64,000 bases of DNA, from positions 53,072,001 through 53,136,000 of the forward strand of contig NC_043001.1 of assembly GCF_006345805.1 (NCBI RefSeq). Direction: 5' to 3'. Position 1 is the first letter of the stretch. The number at the start of each line of letters is the position of its first letter. Under the pieces are notes generated by a model that made no database searches, had not been told where the DNA came from, and saw nothing but the letters and a program-made list of their open reading frames with translations. Both the position numbers and the translations under genes were made by a program. This stretch comes from Octopus sinensis. Taxonomy: Eukaryota. Positions 1 through 12,064 of this stretch are shown here, piece by piece.

Positions 1-499
1 TTACTATTCAACTGATCAGATTCTCTTCTTACTATATAGTTGATATATTCCCATATCTCTTCTTGCTAGCTCTTCTTTATAATATTAGTGTTACATTAAT
101 ATTCAGTATTATATAGATTATCTTTTATAATGAATGTTCGCACTTTCTTTTTTGGCGCGTTCGTATTACGCACTATATATACAGAAAATATATAGTATCT
201 AATATTCTTTACAATTATAATTACATTTCTCATTCATAAAATTTTAATTCAATCATCAACAATAAAAAATAATTCAAACATATTTTAACAAACAATATTT
301 ACTAGATTTATTGCATAGCCTAGGGGAAATGTGGATTACAATGAAAAATGCGAGAACATGCATATTAATATTCCTAAGTTATTACAGCTGGAAAAGTACA
401 GAGCAACAAGATTACTGCAGTAAAATTTGCCAAACTCATAACTTCTGAAGGAATCTAAAAGGTATTTAAAATTCAGATTCCCCTGTACTTAAAATATTC

Positions 500-697
500 T
501 TTTGTACTCCAGGCACACGGCACAAATTTGTGGGGAGGGCCCAGTCAATTAGAGTGACCTCAGTACGCAGCTGGTACTTAATTTATCGACCTCGAAAAGA
601 TGAAAGGCAATGTCGATCTCGGGGTAATTTGAACTCAGAACGCAAAGACGGACGAAATACTGCTAAGCATTTCAGCCAGTTCTGCCAGCTCGCCGCC
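500..697 (-). mobile_element. tRNA-derived SINE, family 1 (octopus-type)
   Basis: Minus strand begins GGCGGCGAGCTGGCAGAA (A-box-like), contains GAGTTCAAATT (B-box) and the family body TCGACATTGCCTTTCATCTTTTCGAGGTCGATAAATTAAGTACCAG; homologous copies at 4076, 20660 and 51009. Confidence 0.85.
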
Positions 698-1171
698 TTA
701 GTCGTCAATAATATTGCACGAGATTTTTTTCGTTTGAATGAAAATCTCATTACAAAAAAAAAATGACATTGGTTGCAGTAGAATGGTCGCTAAATGTTTC
801 AAATCAGCGATATGCTTAGTCAATTCTTCCACATTAAAAGAAAATTTAATCTGACGCATAAATCATAAATAAAATTTATTAGTTAGCATTAATACAATAG
901 AATTAGCCTAATTTGTCTTTGGCTAATTCGTAACATCACCAAATTCGTCACTTTCAGTTTTCTGCTAGGTATGAATAATTAGGCGAATTATACTATATTT
1001 TTTTTAAATGTTGTACTTTATTTCATTTTTAAAATGCTGCTTTTTTCCCAAAATAATTCCATTGGCTTAAATACAGACTTGAATAATTTTTCTTATATAT
1101 ATTTTTTTTTCTGAAAATAATAAAAATTACTGGGGCTATACAACAAAAGAGTTTCTGAATATAGGCCCACA

Positions 1172-1260
1172 GGCAGTAATCCCTCGATTAGCGCAGCTGT
1201 TACATTAGTAAGCCCCACAAGATAGGGGAAAACCGCGACGTAGAAACAGTACTGTAATGC
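1172..1260. mobile_element. possible pogo/Tigger-type TIR remnant
   Basis: CAGTAATCCCTCGATTAGCGCAG resembles Tigger/pogo terminal repeats; no partner TIR or transposase found. Confidence 0.3.
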
Positions 1261-1357
1261 ATACTTTTTAAATTATTTTTATAATTTTTATATATCTGTT
1301 TTATTATAAATGCAAGAAAATACACGGGAGTAACAGTATAACCTTGAATAATAAACG

Positions 1358-1358
<1 letters not shown>

Positions 1359-1422
<64 letters not shown>
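1359..1422. repeat. (TA)n microsatellite
   Basis: Pure TA run abutting the inverted-repeat element. Confidence 0.98.
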
Positions 1423-1425
<3 letters not shown>

Positions 1426-2307
1426 AAATAAGCAACAAGGATATCCAGAGGTAATGCAGTACGATCGTTTCAAGCAACTCCATTTAATTGAACAATGCAA
1501 TCATTACATCATTTTAAAATGTAGAGCAATCTAACACATAGAATGTAGAGCACAAAGACATAGAATTTAATTAAATTAGAACAGGTGGACACATTAGTAT
1601 AATTATACCTAAAAATCTCCAAGGAGATAAAGAACATGTTGTCTCTACTAAAGCATAGAAGTCACTAAAATTATCAATAAGACTCTGCCTACCACTGATA
1701 TTTTGTCTGTATGGGGTCAGTTTTAATTTATAGACTTGTTTATCAACTCCTTAGTATATCTAAGACTAAGAGAATAGAGGGCAGTATGTGTTATGGGTAG
1801 AGCTTTGTGGAGTAGGCAGACTTTCTAGTTTGTATAGTCCTAAAAAATGAAGATTTTTATAAGCAATATCATGAAGTTTAGGAAGGGAAAAAGTAAAACA
1901 AGATGTTAGCTGATAATTAAGGGGGTTCCCCACTAGCAGACTATGGATAATGAAATAGGGGAGGTCTTATCATATGTATACAGTTAAAGTTTAGGGTAAT
2001 CAAATAGATTAAGAAGAATATTATAACAAAAGGATAGAATATTAAAACAAAAGCATAGAAAATTTAGTAACTTCTATGCTGAATTAGAGACATGTTCTTT
2101 ATCTATCTCCTTAATTTCTTGGAGATTTAAGGTATAATTATACTAATGTGTCCATCTGTTCTAATTTAATTAAATTCTATCTCTTTGTGCAACTGAAGAT
2201 TGCTCTACATTTTAAATTGATGCAATGATTGCAGTGTTCAATTAAATGGAGTTGCATGAAACAAACGTACTGCATTACCTCTGGATATTCTTGTTGCTTA
2301 TTTTGAT
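1422..2307. mobile_element. Penelope-like relic with inverted pseudo-LTRs (arms 1422-1670 and 2062-2307)
   Basis: The two ~250-bp arms are diverged reverse complements and each carries hammerhead core elements. The spacer has a weak minus-strand F-x-LPKLH motif resembling the PLE RT N-terminal LPK(I/L)HK. Confidence 0.6.
2187..2275 (+). ncRNA. type I hammerhead ribozyme motif (partly decayed)
   Basis: GTGCAA-CTGAAGA(2193-2199)-T-TGC...GCA-T-GAAAC(2258-2262)-AAAC-GTA(2267-2269)-CTGCAT; stem I GTGCAA/CTGCAT has one mismatch at the junction. Confidence 0.6.
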
Positions 2308-3519
2308 TTTAATCACCTTACTTTGAAAGTACCCTATTCATATGAATCTATATATATACATGCATATATTCATATGTGCCTATTTATCTGACAGTCTCCT
2401 AATCTTTGACATCAAAAGAGGCAAACATAAAGTATAGTTCCCGGTGGAGTTTGTTTGTCTCCTCTATAAGATAATGGGCAAAGAAGCACAATGCAAACTT
2501 TGAAACGTAAACACACTACAGCTTGCAGTTACAAACTTCATCTGGCCTTCTTTCGTGACAGTTCTTTGCAATATTCAGAGATATAGCATTGCCGATACAA
2601 CAGTGATGGCTGCATTGTGAATTTATTATAGCTATTAAATACACTATTTAATTCAAATTAATAGTATATATAACATAATATATTGAATCATATGAAAAAA
2701 TAAAACTTTCCAGCATAATTACTTTCACTAGGAGCCACATAGATAACACAATCTTTTGCCTTAATTGTATACTTCACACAAAATATAACAATAGTACACC
2801 ATTAGCAAACATACACATTTTATCATTCAAACTTGAAATATATGTCCCACTGCTGTCGTATGCCTCAAGCTATTAAGATGAAATATAACTTCGACTGCCA
2901 ATGTGCCACTATTTCATATATTTACACGTCAATCATAACTTTTAGCGCATTTTCTATCATCATTATTATTATCGCCTATATGTTTATGCTGTGATACTAA
3001 CTTTTATCACATCACTAAAGTGTCATTATAACTATTTATTGTAATATCGACATATCAATATATTTATAACTAACTCCATTAGATACATGAAAAGTATTCT
3101 CAACGTCTTTGAAATCACTACCAACATTATCATCAAGAAGAAAATATGCAAATCCGCCATCGCAATATAATCAACAACAGAAGTAAAACCTAATTAACAG
3201 CAAAAAAGAAACACATTAATTGTCATAGTAAAACTAATCCTTTAATATCATTTTTAACATCATTAATATTTTTTAATACGACTTTTAACATGGGCATACT
3301 TATTTATATTCACACTGCTCTTCGGCTGGTATTATAATTATAATCATTATAATTTTAGTTCTTTTCATCGTTATTATTGTTAAGATTCGTATTTGAATTA
3401 TAATTTCAATATTACTATTATTATTATAATTACTATTATTTTTATAATTACTATTATTATTAAAATTACTATTATTTTTATAATTTCTATTATTATTAAA
3501 ATTATAATTATAATTATGT

Positions 3520-3785
3520 TGTTCAGGTAGTTGCTGTTGTTTGTCGTAAGACTACACGTGTTGCTAGCGCTCTGTGAGTCACCCACTTGTTTTCATTGTT
3601 ATATAGTGTGTCGTTAATTTTAGCAGCCCATAAGTGTCTGAGAGAAAGTTATTTTCATCCGTCTGCCTTGAAGAGCAAAGTCTTGACATGAATGTCTTTC
3701 TTTTCGAAATATTGTGCAAAATCCAATATGACGGTGTCTTCTTCGCCAAACAGAGAAGGTATGTTGGGAGTTAGTTCTGAAGGCG
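3520..3785 (-). pseudogene. protein-like ORF relic of unknown family (probably TE-derived)
   Basis: One frame reads SELTPNIPSLFGEEDTVILDFAQYFEKKDIHVKTLLFKADG*K*LSLRHLWAAKINDTLYNNENKWVTHRALATRVVLRQ, with two in-frame stops; no recognised domain. Confidence 0.35.
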
Positions 3786-4075
3786 AAATTGACTCTCACA
3801 CGCAACCTTCAATATACACAGAACTAGGTAGTATCAGCAGAATCAACAGCAGCAGCAGCAGCAACAACAACAAGATCAACAACATTACCACTACAATCAA
3901 CAACAAAAACAAAAAAGAAAACCATTGTCAAAACAACAGCACCACTACCACCACCGCCACCACAAAGGCCAACCAAAGCAACAACAATAAACAAGAAAAT
4001 CAGGAGAAAGAAAAAGAAAAAGAACATTTTCACACATAGTGCGTGCAAATTCAAGTCCTACAGCCACCTCTACCA

Positions 4076-4308
4076 CCTATTTCTGTACTACTTACAAAGG
4101 GCTAAACACAGAGGGGACAAACAAGGACATTCAAACGGATTAAGTCGATTACATCGACCCCAGTGCGTAACTGGTTCTTAATTTATCGACCCAGAAAGGA
4201 TGAAAGGTAAAGTCGACCTCGGCGGAATTTGAACTCAGAACGTAACGGTAGACGAAATGCGGCTACATAATTCGCCCGGCGTGCTAACGATTCTGCCACC
4301 TCGCCGCC
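4076..4308 (-). mobile_element. tRNA-derived SINE, family 1
   Basis: Minus strand GGCGGCGAGGTGGCAGAATCGTTAGCACGCCGGGCG...GTTCTGAGTTCAAATTCCGCCGAGGTCGAC; near-complete copy. Confidence 0.9.
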
Positions 4309-4559
4309 TTATCCACCCCTTCCACCATTAAGGCCAACACAGTCGCTGAAAATAACAAAGATAATAAATCTTGCCCTAATGGTTTCATATCCGCAGTCAC
4401 TTAATTACATGAAAATACAAATTTGTTGACCGACGATTTAAGAAATACAAAAATTATATTGAAAAGGAATGGAAGAAGGATAACCCCGAAGTCATTGTAC
4501 GGAACACAGTAAGAAAAACAACTTCTAAAACGACAGGAGTTAAAAGCCTTACGTAAAAA

Positions 4560-5420
4560 CTACCAACACAACAATAAATAGAAAAAGGTCTACCTCCGGC
4601 GTGGGGCACAAAAGCCTACGTTGCAAAAGGGAAATGATTTGCATCATTGATGGAAACAAGCAAGCATTCCACTTCGAACTTAAAGATCGAAGATCTTTTT
4701 CTGGCACCTATATACATGGGTCGAAGAGTTGTGAAGATGAAATTGCAGACCATCAGAAATAAACATCTGCTGGTTGGTGGTAGCAACTGACCTCCTGGAC
4801 ATGGAGGACGAACCAAATATTTTACCGGTGCAAAACCTGTTGGAGCAAGCCCTAGAGCTGTGGGCAAAAATGCATAACGAATGTTTAGAAACAATTCCGG
4901 ATATCATAAACTTATCAGCGGAACACAAATCATCTAAAGCCTTTCTACCCACAACAAAAGAGAGAAAGCAGACATCCACCAGCGGAGGCAAGTGGCTAAT
5001 ACAGCAGCAAAAACAACGGTAACAGTCGCAACAACAGCAATCACAGCAGCACCGACAACAGTAACAGTAACAAGCACAAAAATAACAATAGAAGTAGCAG
5101 CAGCAGCAAACAGAAATGTGAACTCACGAACATCTGCCTCTAATTAGACTCAGTAAAACAAAACATAAAAATCCCTCAGAACAAGAACTTTATTATCGAC
5201 AGAATCACTGCAAAATTTTCCACAAAGATATGCCGCTTCTGTATTCGAATCAGCCGGGCATATCCTAAGGTGAAGGGAACTCAAAACCAATACAATTGAA
5301 TGAGTGGAGACTTTAATGAGAAATATCTACAAGCCTGTTTAAAGAACTACTCGTGGAAGCATCCACATGGGCACGGAATATCCATCGCCATCGCGACAAC
5401 AAAATCACGATAAGTAAACT
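4560..5420 (+). mobile_element. L1/Tx1-type LINE ORF1 relic
   Basis: Frameshifted LKIEDLFLAPIYMGRRVVKMKL...WLVVA...LETIPD aligns with LKTDEIVHLPVYIGRRASRVRVEDIPPEVDVAWLIAA...METIPA of the copy at 27400-28780; it lies immediately upstream of an APE-like relic. Confidence 0.6.
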
Positions 5421-5439
5421 TTTGTGCATATATTCATTA

Positions 5440-5990
5440 ATCTGTCATGGCTTTTCTTCGATAGACAGGATAAATGTTTGTGTGCTGGGATCGCCTTGGA
5501 AACAGTGCAGCCTAGGCAACGACCTTTGGTCATTAAGTGTCGGTGAAGTGGCTATTTGTCGAAACACACTCTCCGTACGAGATCTACTTATCTCTAAGTC
5601 AGCCAGGAATGAGATGGAACTGCTTTGTCTGGATCTGAAATGAGCTATCTTCCTAGATCCAGTAGTGAAGGGTGCACTCAAACTGGTGGTTGATTATGCT
5701 CCGATAAGAACAGGAGAACCAAAGTTCTTCAGACGTCTAGAGGATTTCCTAGGAATTTCTTGAACTTTAATGTTAGTGGGCTAATAAAGCGTCGTGATTG
5801 AGCCACGTTAGGACTCAGTGTGTCTATTGGATAGAAGAGGGAATAGTAAAAATCTCGCAAAAAAGCTCAAATGTTTCCAACAGCCTGACTGGTCACAACT
5901 GGATTGCCTAGATGTGCCAATGTGGAGTGGACGAAACGGAGATTGTATCTAGACTGGGAACATTGTAGACTAGTCCTGCTGATAAAGAGG
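5440..5990 (+). mobile_element. L1/Tx1-type ORF2 apurinic endonuclease relic, 3'-truncated
   Basis: NVCVLGSPWKQCSLGNDLWSLSVGEVAI (APE start, N-V-x-G-L and xxET region), DYAPIRTGEPKFFRRLEDFL..LMLVG (VYAP and L-x-GD-x-N region) and PMW..LYLD; many stops and frameshifts. Confidence 0.6.
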
Positions 5991-6429
5991 CGGAGTCACA
6001 TGCATGAGTAAATAACTTACGCGAACGAATGTAGGAAAAAGAAGTAGAAAAAATGAAGAATAAAGACATTCACCACAAACACATATGTATATAGACATAT
6101 ATGTGCATACATACATATATATATATATATCTGTAAATATATAAATATATATTTACAAATAAATTCCTTTATTTACATAATATCGAGGTCCCTTTCTTTC
6201 TTTTGTTGTCCTACCATTTTTATCAATATATGTGTATGCACACACACATATATGTATGTATTTATATACATATATATATATATATATACATGTATGTATA
6301 TATATATTTATACACACACGCACGACTTATATATATATACACCCACACACACCGCCTCATCTATCTGTCTATCTATCTATCTATCTACCTATCTTTATAT
6401 AATACTAATAATTACAATGATGTTGATGA

Positions 6430-6443
6430 TGATGACGACAACG

Positions 6444-6534
<91 letters not shown>
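6430..6534. repeat. (GAT/AAT)n microsatellite
   Basis: Direct trinucleotide run. Confidence 0.97.
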
Positions 6535-6885
6535 CGCGAGCAGAAGTAGTGGGGGAGCATCATGGCCATGTGTTGAGAGAGATTCTTTGGGATTTGAATA
6601 ATTCACCTCTAGAAACATGGGTGTTTTGTTCAACATCCTTAAACAACCCTTATTCAGGGATCTTTTGAGCAGGATAGGCTACTCGACCAGAAGAAAATTC
6701 TGACTGGGCCCCACCTGCAAGGTCATGCGCTGTTTATCTTTATATGAGATCACCATGTTGCACACATATGGTTGTGATGCATGTACCTAGTGTACCATTA
6801 TCAGATGGGTAGTCATGATGGGTATACTGGGCTTCGTATATTTTACCCCAGTGTCACGTTGATTGCATGCTCTACTCTCTCACTC
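6535..6885. mobile_element. non-coding interspersed repeat inserted in (AAT)n
   Basis: Reverse complement of the copy at 33015-33461 and same orientation as the diverged copy at 36930-37257; flanked by (AAT)n on both sides. Confidence 0.85.
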
Positions 6886-6944
<59 letters not shown>

Positions 6945-6966
6945 TAATAATAATAATAATAATAAT
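6886..6966. repeat. (AAT)n microsatellite
   Basis: Direct trinucleotide run. Confidence 0.97.
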
Positions 6967-8099
6967 CGATTAAGGAAACAGAAGATGGATTTGGTGTTAG
7001 TTTTTATTGAGTACGACGATCGTTTCGACCCCTCCAGTGATTGATGGGATGCTGTGCATCATATTGTGTTGTGGCAATTTTATAACCTGGGTCACATCTG
7101 GTACACTATTACATAAAGTGGTGTCTCGCTAAACATCTTGAGTTCAGGCAGTCATGTGCTTATTTGCCCACTTCGTTAGGAAATAAGGCATTACTACAAT
7201 TGTCGTTATGTTAAATATTCATAGCAAATAATAGTAAATAATTCTAAATATTTATGAATGTACCTGATGTGACAAAGACGGTAAAATTGATGCAACACAG
7301 TATGATGTACAGCATCCCACCCAGAAGGGACAGTCGCAAGATGGCTCGAAATGATCTCGTACGCAATAAAATTAATACCGAATCTATCTTTTGTTTCCTT
7401 AATCGATTATTATCTCGACTGACGCTGCGGAATTCCTGAAGTAGATCAAACGGAAATATACCCCAAATGTTAATATTTGTTGTATAAGCTCATAAATCCC
7501 TCATGAGATTTTACCCCATGTAGTTGAAATTGATGAACAATTCTTAGCATATGACCTTAGACAATTGCGTAGTATTACAAATCACCTAGGAGCATTAATC
7601 GAAACATATATGTAGGTTTCTGGCATCTGCCATTTCTTTTAGAGCTTTATAATTTATAATGTTTTTGTATTGTTTTCATAAAAAATATTCAACCTCGTTA
7701 TATCATACAGATAATTTTTTCATACATTCATAATTTTCCATTTTCTTTCTTTCATCATTATTAACAATATGTATTACTATAATAATTCCTAATATACGCT
7801 GAGATTTTCTCTTTATATGATAGTGGTTATCAAGTGGAATTTTGAATTATTTTAAAGCCTTAATGCAGACCTCATAAGGTCTATTTAAAGTCTCATATAG
7901 AGAGCTGCCACGTGCCATCAAACAGTAAGATATCTTCTAAGTTTGGACAAACATGCGGAAATCCAGTAAGCATCTAAAAGATCTCTAATGAAAGTACATC
8001 ATAGAAATTGTCAGCATACAACACTAGAAGCACTAACCAGGATAAAGGGAAGGGGATAGAAATATTTAAAACTTGGTGTAGATATAGGATAAAACCATA

Positions 8100-9440
8100 T
8101 ATACCTAGAATACAGAATAAATCTCAATGACCTTAAAGGAAATTTCCAACTACTTCATCGATAAGGCTGATATGTCCATCGAAATATGACATAGATAGAA
8201 TAATTTAGACAATTATGGATATGATTACGCCAAATCTTAGATCTTTAATTAAAATTACACTTGGTTCAATAGCTTAGAAAATAAACCAAAATGTAGTGAC
8301 TTTATACTATTAGATAAATTCAATTACTAGTCAACTATCAATATTACTCAACAAAGCACTATTATTTTCAAAACACAATTCTGTTTTATTTAGAAATGGA
8401 ATTGGCATTATAGTAACTGCACGTAGCACGATAATTGAGTATGTTGAAAATCTATAGATACGATCGAATTGAAATGACTCATTCGATATAGTGATAGGTA
8501 CGAACGACTCTGTGTTTTTCACAGATATCGTCGGCATCTGTATCCTCTTCTTGATAACTCTAGGCGTCATTAACTAAGGGTGTCTATATAGGGTTGAAGC
8601 TCTACTCCTAACAGAAAGTTGTAACAAAGTTGAATTGAAAAGATATAAGAAAAAACATTCATTTTTGTTAAAAACTTAGGTCTATTGATGACAATTGAAA
8701 ATGGCATAGAATATCTTAGATATAAAGCATGCTTAACCTGAATAGAAGATTATTTGAATTATTCTATAGACTAAACTAAAATTTAAGATATGTTAACAAA
8801 ATGTCAAATCCTGCACATTTGGTACTGAAATATATGGTAAAAAGCGTGTTTGAATTTCTAAACTATCTGCAAATGAAACAATATTTAATGCACAAGTTGT
8901 GTACTACATATTACATCATGTAGGGCTGGGTATAAAGACCTGATTAAATATTCAGCTGACAATAGTCTAATGAATGAATACAAAAATGGACGCTGAGTAA
9001 AAAGCGAAACTTATGCTGATAGGCACACTGAGAAACAAGATAATGATATGAACAGTAGAGTAAAAATTACGGACGAAAAAAGAAAGCAATAACACTCAAT
9101 CAGATGGTAAATGTCAAATACTAATGTGTAACTATAATCACAGAAATAGTCGGAAAAAGCATAAACTTACCAAATTGAATCCGATTAGAAATGGCTATAA
9201 AAGAAAGCTGAATAGTTACACTAATCCCAAGAATACATCAGATCAGGATGGCATATTAAGATTTAATCCGGTATTTAAATTACAAGTTAAATCCAAAATT
9301 AAGCGTGGATTTTTCGCTGCATTACATAAACATTTTCCTAAGATCTTGAACCAATATAGGATGAAATTACAATGTGAAGCAGCATGCAATGTGGAATATT
9401 ATATGCACAGACTAAATAAGAAAAAAGGCTGGGTCTAGAA
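8100..9440 (+). mobile_element. highly decayed Penelope-like RT relic (YRDD/WFNPP type, possibly Naiad-like)
   Basis: INLNDLKGNF...IRLICPSKYDIDRI matches (I)TLKDHKxNF..RLINPAKxxIGxI; ILRFNPVFKLQVKSKIKRGFFAALHKHFPKILNQ matches IWFNPPFxxxVKTNIGxxFxxLIDKHFP..IFN. Clade assignment is inference. Confidence 0.55.
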
Positions 9441-11385
9441 TGTAAATACAAAATTCGGTGGTCGCGGTACAAGGTGATCGTTAGGGTTAAGTCAATAGGT
9501 ATTCTGATAATCCTAGTATAAATAGCAACAGCAGCGCAAATGGTGGGGGATTAATTTAGAAAACGGAATAGAAACAAATGGAAAGGGAGTTACGGAAGAA
9601 CCGGCCTGGAACGATCGAGTTAGGGATAGTAATAACAAATGTTCCTTAACTTAAGCGGATGACTTGTAATGACAGTTTAGAATTGTTGTTTGCAACAATT
9701 AGAATTGTTGTTAAAAGAATTATAATACATTTTTAAATAGTAAATAGTTTAGTCGTAATTACGAATTGACATTGTCGTTTGCATGTTAAGTGAAGCCATA
9801 GTAATAATTGCCCTATGTCGAATATAATCACCTGACGTGATTATAATCGATAAACAATAACACTGCAACCTCAATATTACGTTTGCAAGTATGTCAAAAT
9901 GATGAAAATTTGTATATGTAGTATGTGTAAAGGTATTGGAATGATTTATGAAAGTCGATTATAATAATACGAACGGAGGACTATGATTAACGAGTTCGTA
10001 TTGTTGTTTGAATGATTGTCAAAGTGATTATAAAAATGCCTCTATGCCTATTATATTCTTGCAGTAATTGCAAAAATATGAAATACCCAACGTTAATCAA
10101 AATAATGGAAATACGATGTTCAATAGAAAGTTATGCAAAAGCATTTATCGTCAGAATCTAAGAAACACATAAAACTCTCAGAAATGTGGCTAAATGTGTT
10201 CTCTCAAAACTCAATTTGTAATATCCTGGGCACTAATTGTTACAAGTCGGTATAGTCACAGTCGATCAAATAGATAGGGAAATAATTGTAATAGTTTCCA
10301 AGCCGATTAAAATAATATAACACTTATAATAGCTACAAGGTGGCGACATTAATCAGAGGAAATCATACAGTATTCACTATAAAGTATCGTGGAAAATACA
10401 GATCTGGAAAGTAGAATATTTCGCGGACATATGAACATAGATAATTTAATATTTTAATATGTAACTTATAATGAAACTTAAGCTGACGGATATAGATAGC
10501 AGGTCAGAATTGTCTTTACATGTGAACTGAAGTGATTGTAAACTTGATTTCAGTCAGAAAAGGCAGAGGAAAAATCATGTGATGACAATAATGTAAAGAA
10601 AATTGTACGCTAGAAAGCGTAGCTAAAAAAAATATATTCTAGTAGTAGTTTTAATAAATACACATCCGCATTAAACATACCTCCTGATGGAGTGAGAGAA
10701 GACAGGTCAATGCTCAGCAGTAGGAGAATAGGAGTATGTATAAGTATTAGCGTGTATCTATGTTTGAGAACATGTAAGAGTACAGCGTGTGATATATATT
10801 CTTAAAAAACAAAAGAAACAGTAAATATAAATTAATATAGATATAGGAAATATCAATAAATATAAATATACGAAATATAGGAAAGAAATTAAGGCTCGCT
10901 CGGTTAATGAATGGCTACTGGGGTTCATGGCAGTCACTTGAGGTCAAAGAGAATACACATCACAGATAATTTAAAATAGATGTCTAAGGTCGGAAACACA
11001 TAACATACCAATAAAAACAAACACAGCATGATAAGAGCCATTATTTTATTTTATTATTGTTATCACTATCACTTAAATACACTTGCTTTTTTATTATTAT
11101 CAATATCAATAAATTCGCCATAATTTTGTTGTTATTGTTGTTGGTATTATTGCAGTAATTTTGTATTTGTTTTTGAGTCTATAAAACTGTGTTGCCCGGG
11201 ATCTCATGAACTGATCAGTGGAGAGTAATAGAAATAGTATATGTGGGGAAATTCACAGAAATCCGACAGTGCTTCATGTCATTTCATGTGGGGAAGCACA
11301 CAGCTGTAACTGAATAATATTTATTTAGATTTATATATCAGACGATTATTCTAAAGAATATATAAATTTAAACAGCAACCTAAAA

Positions 11386-11418
<33 letters not shown>

Positions 11419-11422
<4 letters not shown>

Positions 11423-11630
11423 TAATCCGAACAAGAAAGCACGATAAAACACAACAACGCGAGGACGTGGAACAAATATAGCATTATTGGACGCTCAGGA
11501 AAGAAGGAAAGAAGGAGGGTTTAACGTTTCAAGCGGAGCTCTTTGTCGGAAACATAGGAAAAGGAAAGACCCAGAGAAGGGAAGACAGAGGAAAAAAATC
11601 GCCAACGGTACACACGCGGTCACATTTTGA
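11419..11630 (-). mobile_element. short (TA)n-flanked element with minimal hammerhead-like motif
   Basis: Homologous in reverse orientation to 34560-34770; minus strand GTTT-CCGACAA-A-GAGC-TCC-GCTT-GAAAC-GTT-AAAC at 11519-11553 (G8A, GUU site); (TA)n on both sides. Confidence 0.7.
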
Positions 11631-11648
11631 GTATATATATATATGTAT

Positions 11649-11977
11649 AGCATACGAGGTGTATTAAGTTAGGCTTTTGTATATACATGTTTTAATAGTA
11701 TTAATTGTAGTTTTAAATTTATAATTAGATTAGATAAACTTTGATAAACGTAGATATGTTTCGACTAAAGATTGGTCCAGGCCATGTCTAATTTAATAGC
11801 ATAACTTAGTTATTTCTTTAAATTGATATTCGCTAGTTATTCCCATTGATAATTATATTTATAGTATTTATAGTATTTATTCGATACTATATTACTACGA
11901 ATTGATTATTTCTATAAGTATTTTACATAAGATTTCCGAAAGTTCGTTTAAGTTTGTTTATTTGTATTTTGAAATTA
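11649..11977. repeat. dispersed duplicate of 47540-47574 + 47959-48254
   Basis: About 7 substitutions over ~330 bp by eye; this copy lacks the SINE present in the other. Confidence 0.92.
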
Positions 11978-12064
11978 TTTTTTTGTTTTTATTTTGTGAG
12001 GTAAACTAACAACAGACGTTTTAACAACAGAAGATTTTAAATAGTAAAAGTAGTGATTTCTTTT

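Noticed and set aside
3692-4054. 115-aa and 76-aa N/T/Q-rich ORFs
   Set aside because: Driven by (CAA/CAG/CAC)n simple repeats; no domain.
500-4308. tRNA-like A/B boxes as tRNA genes
   Set aside because: They are SINE heads fused to non-tRNA bodies; no cloverleaf with an acceptor stem.
6203-6636. ORFs rich in poly-I, poly-N, YIYI or HTHT (also 15200-15650, 33400-34400, 44570-44990, 51660-52050, 60950-61450)
   Set aside because: They are translations of (AAT)n, (TA)n and (CA)n microsatellites.
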